Origin: an uncultured virus (IMG/VR IMGVR_UViG_3300042860_002775)
Taxonomy: Duplodnaviria; Heunggongvirae; Uroviricota; Caudoviricetes
Virus record (IMG/VR): IMGVR_UViG_3300042860_002775
Reading direction: 5' to 3' (one strand)
DNA length: 20,000 nt
Shown: positions 16,059 to 20,000 of the stretch, piece after piece
Numbering within the stretch: the first letter of the stretch is position 1
Layout of the letters: each line of letters begins with the position of its first letter
Notes under the pieces: model-generated
What the model was told of the DNA's origin: nothing
What the model saw: only the letters and a program-made list of their open reading frames with translations
Database searches by the model: none
Program-made: the position numbers and the translations under genes

Positions 16059-16350
16059 CGTAGCCGTAGTGGCCATAGTCCTCGTCCGTGCCAAACCCAG
16101 CAGAGGCAAGGGCATCGGCGTCCGCCTCGGCGTCGGTCAGGAATCCGTCAGACGGCTCGGCGTCAGCACGATGGCAGATGAAGTTGGAGATGCCGCCGTT
16201 GTGGAGGACATCCACCAGACCGTCGATGTCGTCGGAATAGATCGTCAGGTTGTCGAAGTCGAGTTCGTAGGACGGGGTAGCGTCCAGTTCCAGAGTCGTA
16301 GCGGCCAGCAGGAACAGACCCTTGTCGCTGAAGGTAATGGAGGAGTTCAT
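16051..16350 (-). CDS. Highly acidic small protein
   Basis: 99 aa, D/E-rich, C-terminal ALASAGFGTDEDYG. Confidence 0.8.
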   Translation of the reverse strand: MNSSITFSDKGLFLLAATTLELDATPSYELDFDNLTIYSDDIDGLVDVLHNGGISNFICHRADAEPSDGFLTDAEADADALASAGFGTDEDYGHYGYDD

Positions 16351-16357
16351 ATTGAGT

Positions 16358-16385
16358 AGAATGGTGATTTTTTATGAAAAGTCAA
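16358..16385 (-). promoter_or_regulatory. Array promoter
   Basis: TTGACT-N16-CATTCT-N7-ATG. Confidence 0.8.
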
Positions 16386-16393
16386 GCACAACC

Positions 16394-16561
16394 TCAAAAA
16401 TTCGCATAGCCAGCTTCCACCCAAGAGTGGACCGCCCGCTGCCACGAACCTTGCAGGTTCTTCCAAATGCCAGAGTCAACAAAGGACTGAACATTGTCCG
16501 CAAACTCCTCGTTGCTCAACGTGCCGTTTTCAACGCCGATGATGAAGTCGATGTGATCCAT
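16394..16561 (-). CDS. Small hypothetical protein (55 aa, not in ORF track)
   Basis: MDHIDFIIGVENGTLSNEEFADNVQSFVDSGIWKNLQGSWQRAVHSWVEAGYANF; own promoter. Confidence 0.75.
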   Translation of the reverse strand: MDHIDFIIGVENGTLSNEEFADNVQSFVDSGIWKNLQGSWQRAVHSWVEAGYANF

Positions 16562-16570
16562 AGTTAGAGT

Positions 16571-16598
16571 AGAATGACTAGTTTTTATAAAAAGTCAA
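16571..16598 (-). promoter_or_regulatory. Array promoter
   Basis: TTGACT-N16-CATTCT-N9-ATG. Confidence 0.8.
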
Positions 16599-16621
16599 GC
16601 ACCAAGTTTCAGAATCGGCAA

Positions 16622-16894
16622 TCAGCAGTTCTCGCACATGGCCTGCTCCTCTTCGTCCAATTGGTCAAAGAGATCGCCCGCAGCATCACGGAACTTGCCC
16701 AAGGGAGCAGTAGCGAAGATGCCCCAGAACATAGCACCAATTTCAGAGTAGTCGCCTTCCTTACGCAGCCGCTTGAAGTCGGCGGTGAGCTTCTGGATTT
16801 CCAGTTGCTCGGCAGCAGCCTTAGCGGCCTTGGCGGTGGGCTTGGTAGCCTTGGCGACGGTCTTGGTCTTCTTACGAATAGAAGTGGTTTTCAT
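16622..16894 (-). CDS. Hypothetical protein with K/A/T-rich N-terminus
   Basis: Start reassigned to MKTTSIRKK (16894) from the promoter spacing. Confidence 0.75.
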   Translation of the reverse strand: MKTTSIRKKTKTVAKATKPTAKAAKAAAEQLEIQKLTADFKRLRKEGDYSEIGAMFWGIFATAPLGKFRDAAGDLFDQLDEEEQAMCENC

Positions 16895-16902
16895 GATGGT
16901 AA

Positions 16903-16930
16903 AATTTAGCAGGGTTTTATAGAAAGTCAA
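16903..16930 (-). promoter_or_regulatory. Array promoter
   Basis: TTGACT-N16-TAAATT-N8-ATG; supplies the upstream TGA stop. Confidence 0.8.
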
Positions 16931-17160
16931 GAACAAATCTTCGCCACTTCGTTGCTGCGAACAAAGTAGCACTTGAACGTGTCGCTGTTCCAGCCAGTGA
17001 ACACGAACGCCTTGCCGTCGTAGCGCAGCACCTTCTTGGTCAGCTTCGCCACGTCATCCCAGCCGTTCGGAACGTCAATGGTCAGATACTCGCGGTTCAC
17101 GTCGGCGCGGTTGGAATAGACGACGCTGATTTCGTCCTTGGAGATAGTGGCAGTGTTCAT
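16927..17160 (-). CDS. Hypothetical early-array protein
   Basis: Start MNTATISK (17160); FVFTGWNSD motif. Confidence 0.8.
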   Translation of the reverse strand: MNTATISKDEISVVYSNRADVNREYLTIDVPNGWDDVAKLTKKVLRYDGKAFVFTGWNSDTFKCYFVRSNEVAKICS

Positions 17161-17167
17161 ACCTAGC

Positions 17168-17195
17168 ACTATGGCAGGGTTTTATAGAAAGTCAA
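17168..17195 (-). promoter_or_regulatory. Array promoter
   Basis: TTGACT-N16-CATAGT-N7-ATG. Confidence 0.8.
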
Positions 17196-17361
17196 GCTGT
17201 TTGTGTGTCTTTTTCACAACTCGCTGAATAGCAAAGAAATGCCTACGAAGGTCAGGATCAATTTTTGGCGATTGCATATCTTCAGCATTCCATTCAAGTA
17301 TGGCACTCAGCGCACAAACTTGATGGTGCGAAAGTTCAATCTTGTATTTTTTCTTTTTCAA
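17182..17361 (-). CDS. Possible small protein reading through the next promoter
   Basis: TTG start at 17361 (LKKKKYKIELSHH...), ends ...KQLDFL inside the promoter repeat; start uncertain. Confidence 0.45.
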   Translation of the reverse strand: MKKKKYKIELSHHQVCALSAILEWNAEDMQSPKIDPDLRRHFFAIQRVVKKTHKQLDFL

Positions 17362-17405
17362 GAATATTGTGCGTTGAATGGTATGCGCACCCCACCATGT
17401 GAAAC

Positions 17406-17699
17406 TTACAAGACCTCGGAGCCCTTGAAGTAGCGACAGGCGCGGTCGTAGATAATGTCCCAATCAGCCTTCACGCTCTGTGGAAGATCAGCCTTGAAAT
17501 GCGGGAAGTTGTCCGCTCGACCGATGGCGATCTCCATCGCCGTCACAGGATTAAAGGTGTCACCACGATTCGTGGCACACAAACTAAAGCCGAGACCGAC
17601 CGTGTTGTCGCTGCGCTTGGTAGCGACGACGACGCCGACCTTTTCCCGCCGCCGGTTGCGGACATACTGGAAGATAGTGTTGTTAGGAGGATTAGTCAT
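17406..17699 (-). CDS. Hypothetical protein with GxSxC...DxF...IAxxRA motif
   Basis: 97 aa, own promoter. Confidence 0.8.
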   Translation of the reverse strand: MTNPPNNTIFQYVRNRRREKVGVVVATKRSDNTVGLGFSLCATNRGDTFNPVTAMEIAIGRADNFPHFKADLPQSVKADWDIIYDRACRYFKGSEVL

Positions 17700-17709
17700 A
17701 ATGCTAGTG

Positions 17710-17737
17710 AAGTTAGAAGTTTTTATAGAAAAGTCAA
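17710..17737 (-). promoter_or_regulatory. Array promoter
   Basis: TTGACT-N16-TAACTT-N10-ATG; supplies the upstream TGA stop. Confidence 0.75.
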
Positions 17738-17958
17738 GAACTCTTTTTGAGTACAGAAGTGGTGCTCTTGAAAAGGATGCTGGTCAGCAATAGCAGCTTC
17801 AGCGAGTCAAAATAACTGATAGACTTTGCGCTAAACATACTCACAACTGTGCTGTTCCAAATCCATTCCACCAAAAATCCACAGAGAAAAAAGACGGCAA
17901 CAACGCCGAAAATATTACCAGCAAGTTCCGCGTAAGCTTCTTTAGTTTTAATGTTCAT
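17734..17958 (-). CDS. Small membrane protein
   Basis: 74 aa; WIWN...F....ISYF...LLLLTSILF hydrophobic pattern. Confidence 0.75.
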   Translation of the reverse strand: MNIKTKEAYAELAGNIFGVVAVFFLCGFLVEWIWNSTVVSMFSAKSISYFDSLKLLLLTSILFKSTTSVLKKSS

Positions 17959-17965
17959 AGTAGAT

Positions 17966-17994
17966 ATGATGTGTGTTTTTTATAGAAAAGTCAA
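17966..17994 (-). promoter_or_regulatory. Array promoter
   Basis: TTGACT-N17-CATCAT-N7-ATG. Confidence 0.75.
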
Positions 17995-18003
17995 GGAGTT
18001 ATT

Positions 18004-18387
18004 TTACCAATCAAACATGAGTGGCTTGCCATTATACCAGCCAATATTTCCAGTATGCAAGTCAGGAAAGATGCCGTATTTCAGATACTTGTTCAGTTTG
18101 CCACGTAGAATCTGCAAAGCAAGCCTTAAATTTTTCCGTTCTGCAAGTGGCTGAAGAACATAACTTTCTTGAAGAAAATATGTAGGAACACGAAATTCCA
18201 TTGGCGTGCGATGTTCAAGAATGAACGCCGGACGCTTCATGACAACGCCCAGCTTCTTGTTGTAGAACCCGTTCACCTTGCGGCTTTTGCAGGCTATGGG
18301 CTTCCACCCCTTGACCTGCTGCCCTTTCAGCAGCAGGTCAAGAACATCCTCGTAATACCAGCGGATACTGGCGTTCAGCTTCTTCAC
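18004..18387 (-). CDS. Minimal protein-kinase-like fold protein
   Basis: VVMK, VLQPLA, DLHTGNIG and MFDW motifs; GTG start at 18387 next to the upstream stop. Confidence 0.6.
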   Translation of the reverse strand: MKKLNASIRWYYEDVLDLLLKGQQVKGWKPIACKSRKVNGFYNKKLGVVMKRPAFILEHRTPMEFRVPTYFLQESYVLQPLAERKNLRLALQILRGKLNKYLKYGIFPDLHTGNIGWYNGKPLMFDW

Positions 18388-18389
18388 GC

Positions 18390-18707
18390 TTACCAATTGA
18401 CTCCGGACGGCACCGCCACCTCCAGCGTGGCGACCGGAGCCTCGGGCACCTTGACCTTGCTGTAGACCACTTCTTTGCGTCCACGCCGAGCCTTGGCGGG
18501 GTCGCGCAGACCAGCCTCGGTCACCTCGCCCGCCTCAATCGCCTTGCGGATGCGGCTGTAGATGGTGATCGGCTTCACCTTGTAATGCGTGGCCTTACGC
18601 AGGTCGCGCAAGGTGAACGTGTCGGGGAACGTCAGATCAAAACCATACTTGATTCGCTTGGCCTTGATCACGGTGCTTGTGTCGGTATTGGTGTCAGTAT
18701 TGGTCAT
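18390..18707 (-). CDS. Putative winged helix-turn-helix DNA-binding protein
   Basis: FTLRDLRKAT..VKPITIYSRIRKAIEAGEV...RRGRKEVVYS pattern. Confidence 0.6.
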   Translation of the reverse strand: MTNTDTNTDTSTVIKAKRIKYGFDLTFPDTFTLRDLRKATHYKVKPITIYSRIRKAIEAGEVTEAGLRDPAKARRGRKEVVYSKVKVPEAPVATLEVAVPSGVNW

Positions 18708-18716
18708 AGGTTGTGT

Positions 18717-18745
18717 ATGTTGGTTGAAGAAATAAAGAAAGTCAA
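18717..18745 (-). promoter_or_regulatory. Array promoter (TTTATTTCTTCAAC subtype)
   Basis: TTGACT-N17-CAACAT-N9-ATG; supplies the sigma gene TGA stop. Confidence 0.75.
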
Positions 18746-19317
18746 GAGTTGTTATGTTCTGCCAGCAACTTTTTCAGTTTGTTTCTGGCGCGAAATGAAC
18801 GCACTTTTACTGTAGAAAAATTCCAGCCAGTCAAGGCAGAAATTTGCGCCGTGGTCTTTTGCTCAAAATGAACCAACTTTATGACACGCTGGTCATCGGC
18901 ATTCAATTTGGAAATCAGATTGTGAACCAAATCACGATCAGCATATGTATTGTTACTCGATTCGTCGCGATTGTCAACTAGATTGTTTTGCAGTTGGTCA
19001 GCTTCAGTTTCTGACAAATCAGCAAAACGATACTCTGGACGACGCCGTTGAGCACGCAGGTGGTCAATGCAGGTTGATACGGCAATCCGGCTTACCCAAT
19101 GATGAAACGGAACCTGACCAGCGTATTGATCCAGCTTCAGAAATACTTTCTTGTAAACCTCCTGAGTAAGATCCTCCTCAGCAGAACGCCAAGGACGGCG
19201 CGACTTCACGATCTTGGTGACCATCGGCGTGAGATGTTCCACCAGTTGGCGCGCTGCCTCTTGGTCATTCTTCTTGACCTTTTTGAGGCAGGTTGAGACT
19301 TCTTGGGTCGTTTCCAT
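18742..19317 (-). CDS. RNA polymerase ECF (sigma-70 group 4) sigma factor
   Basis: Region 2 AEEDLTQEVYKKVFLKLDQY...FHHWVSRIAVSTCIDHLR; region 4 L.ADDQRVIKLVHFEQKTTAQISALTGWNFSTVKVRSFRARNKLKK; start METTQEV coupled to the upstream TGA. Confidence 0.92.
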   Translation of the reverse strand: METTQEVSTCLKKVKKNDQEAARQLVEHLTPMVTKIVKSRRPWRSAEEDLTQEVYKKVFLKLDQYAGQVPFHHWVSRIAVSTCIDHLRAQRRRPEYRFADLSETEADQLQNNLVDNRDESSNNTYADRDLVHNLISKLNADDQRVIKLVHFEQKTTAQISALTGWNFSTVKVRSFRARNKLKKLLAEHNNS

Positions 19318-19502
19318 CACGCCGCCTTGGCCTCCGCAGACCACTTGATCGCAATCGCCTGTGCCTCTTCGATCATCTTGTCGGTGTATTTGATACGGGA
19401 ATCCGTGTCCAGCGCGACGAAGTTCCGGTCAAGCGCGAGGTTGTAAATCTTCGCCTTGAGAATCCCGGTGAAGATCGTGTAGTCAATGTGGGCGTTGTTC
19501 AT
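19317..19502 (-). CDS. Hypothetical early-array protein
   Basis: Start reassigned to MNNAHIDY (19502). Confidence 0.75.
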   Translation of the reverse strand: MNNAHIDYTIFTGILKAKIYNLALDRNFVALDTDSRIKYTDKMIEEAQAIAIKWSAEAKAA

Positions 19503-19511
19503 CGTGCGTGT

Positions 19512-19540
19512 ACTATGGTTGAAGAAATAAAAAAAGTCAA
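19512..19540 (-). promoter_or_regulatory. Array promoter (TTTATTTCTTCAAC subtype)
   Basis: TTGACT-N17-CATAGT-N9-ATG. Confidence 0.8.
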
Positions 19541-19542
19541 GC

Positions 19543-19887
19543 TCAAACCGCCACCGCCTTGGTGGCGGTGACGAGGGTGGCAAGCTTGGCAGCGTCGCTG
19601 AAGGCGATGACCTGGCGAGCATACTTGGGCATCTTCTTCAGCACGAAGCTCATCTGCTTGTCGGTCAGGCGACCGTACTTGAGCTGGGCCTGCGCCAGCG
19701 AGGACAGGAACTCGGCGTCGGCCCCGCTGAAGCCGATGCCATTGTCGTGCGTGGTCGTCTGGCTGACCTGCTCGTCAGCCGTCTGGTTCTCCTGATAGAT
19801 GCGGACCAGAGCCTTGACCGCCCACACGGGGTCGGTGGCGAGCTTAGTCTTGACGAAGAGGAGGGTGTCTTTCTTGGTGGCGTTCAT
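19543..19887 (-). CDS. Phage hypothetical protein (QTADEQ / NGIGFSGADA motif)
   Basis: Start MNATKKD (19887); 114 aa. Confidence 0.8.
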   Translation of the reverse strand: MNATKKDTLLFVKTKLATDPVWAVKALVRIYQENQTADEQVSQTTTHDNGIGFSGADAEFLSSLAQAQLKYGRLTDKQMSFVLKKMPKYARQVIAFSDAAKLATLVTATKAVAV

Positions 19888-19896
19888 CGTGAGCAT

Positions 19897-19925
19897 ACTA
19901 TGGCACACGATTTAAAAAAATTCAA
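19897..19925 (-). promoter_or_regulatory. Array promoter
   Basis: TTGAAT-N17-CATAGT-N9-ATG. Confidence 0.75.
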
Positions 19926-19931
19926 GGAAAA

Positions 19932-20000
19932 TCAGCCGTAGCTGTCCAACTTCTTGATAATCACCTCGTTACGATTTTTTGATCCCTTCCAGTCTTTCTC
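19932..20000 (-). CDS. 3' end of a gene entering from beyond the window
   Basis: ...EKDWKGSKNRNEVIIKKLDSYG-TGA, ending just before the next promoter copy. Confidence 0.55.
   Translation of the reverse strand, partial: EKDWKGSKNRNEVIIKKLDSYG

Larger units (their letters stand above)
11236..19925 (-). repeat. Dispersed promoter-repeat family (21 copies), consensus cTTGACTTTyTATAAAAa-N5-CAtanT-N6-10-ATG
   Basis: Plus-strand ttttatagaaagtcaag-like motif. First base of the -35 box at 11264, 11634, 11975, 12273, 12453, 12622, 13082, 13418, 13670, 13929, 14155, 15858, 16385, 16598, 16930, 17195, 17737, 17994, 18745, 19540, 19925. Confidence 0.92.

Noticed and set aside
11236..19925. Repeat array as CRISPR
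   Set aside because: Repeats are degenerate, irregularly spaced by about 170-1700 nt and separated by whole ORFs; no cas genes are visible.
11128..19941. Plus-strand ORFs in the ORF track across the array
   Set aside because: Antisense shadows of GC-rich minus-strand genes; they cross the promoter repeats and have no recognisable motifs.
10984..20000. Classical integron with attC sites
   Set aside because: No integron integrase in the window, and the repeats lack the RYYYAAC...GTTRRRY attC hairpin; they match sigma70 promoters instead.
1..20000. Alternative genetic code (stop-codon reassignment seen in some large phages)
   Set aside because: Long ORFs are intact in code 11, and TAA, TAG and TGA all end genes at sensible boundaries.
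1..20000. tRNA or rRNA genes
   Set aside because: No cloverleaf or T-loop/acceptor pattern noticed in intergenic gaps by eye; tRNAscan was not run.

Overview
Segment of a large (jumbo/huge-type) tailed bacteriophage genome, nearly all on the minus strand, in two compositionally distinct halves. Left (1-10600, AT-rich): N-terminus of a probable virion/tail protein, PhoH, two HExxH metallopeptidase-like proteins, Cys-rich small proteins, two large modular proteins, and two ADP-ribosyltransferase-like proteins. Several of these share an (I/L)xLxxLLxE motif, and several starts are preceded by a sense-strand TATTTATA. Junction (10600-10986): an AT-rich non-coding tract followed by nested G/C-tract hairpins and a four-tract G-quadruplex motif. 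Right (10984-20000, patchy and often GC-rich): a dense head-to-tail array of about 27 short genes. 21 of them carry their own copy of a conserved sigma70-like promoter repeat (consensus cTTGACTTTyTATAAAAa-N5-CAtanT), whose first -35 base lies 34-38 nt before the ATG. There is no room for a Shine-Dalgarno site, so the mRNAs are probably leaderless or near-leaderless. In 8 cases the TGA stop of the upstream gene is the TGA of the next -35 box. Cargo includes an ECF sigma factor, a beta-class DNA methyltransferase, a DUF1281-like protein, a kinase-like protein, a wHTH protein and a 44-aa ArfA-like peptide absent from the ORF track. The array looks like a modular early/host-takeover gene cassette system. 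All family calls are from motif recognition only; no searches were run.
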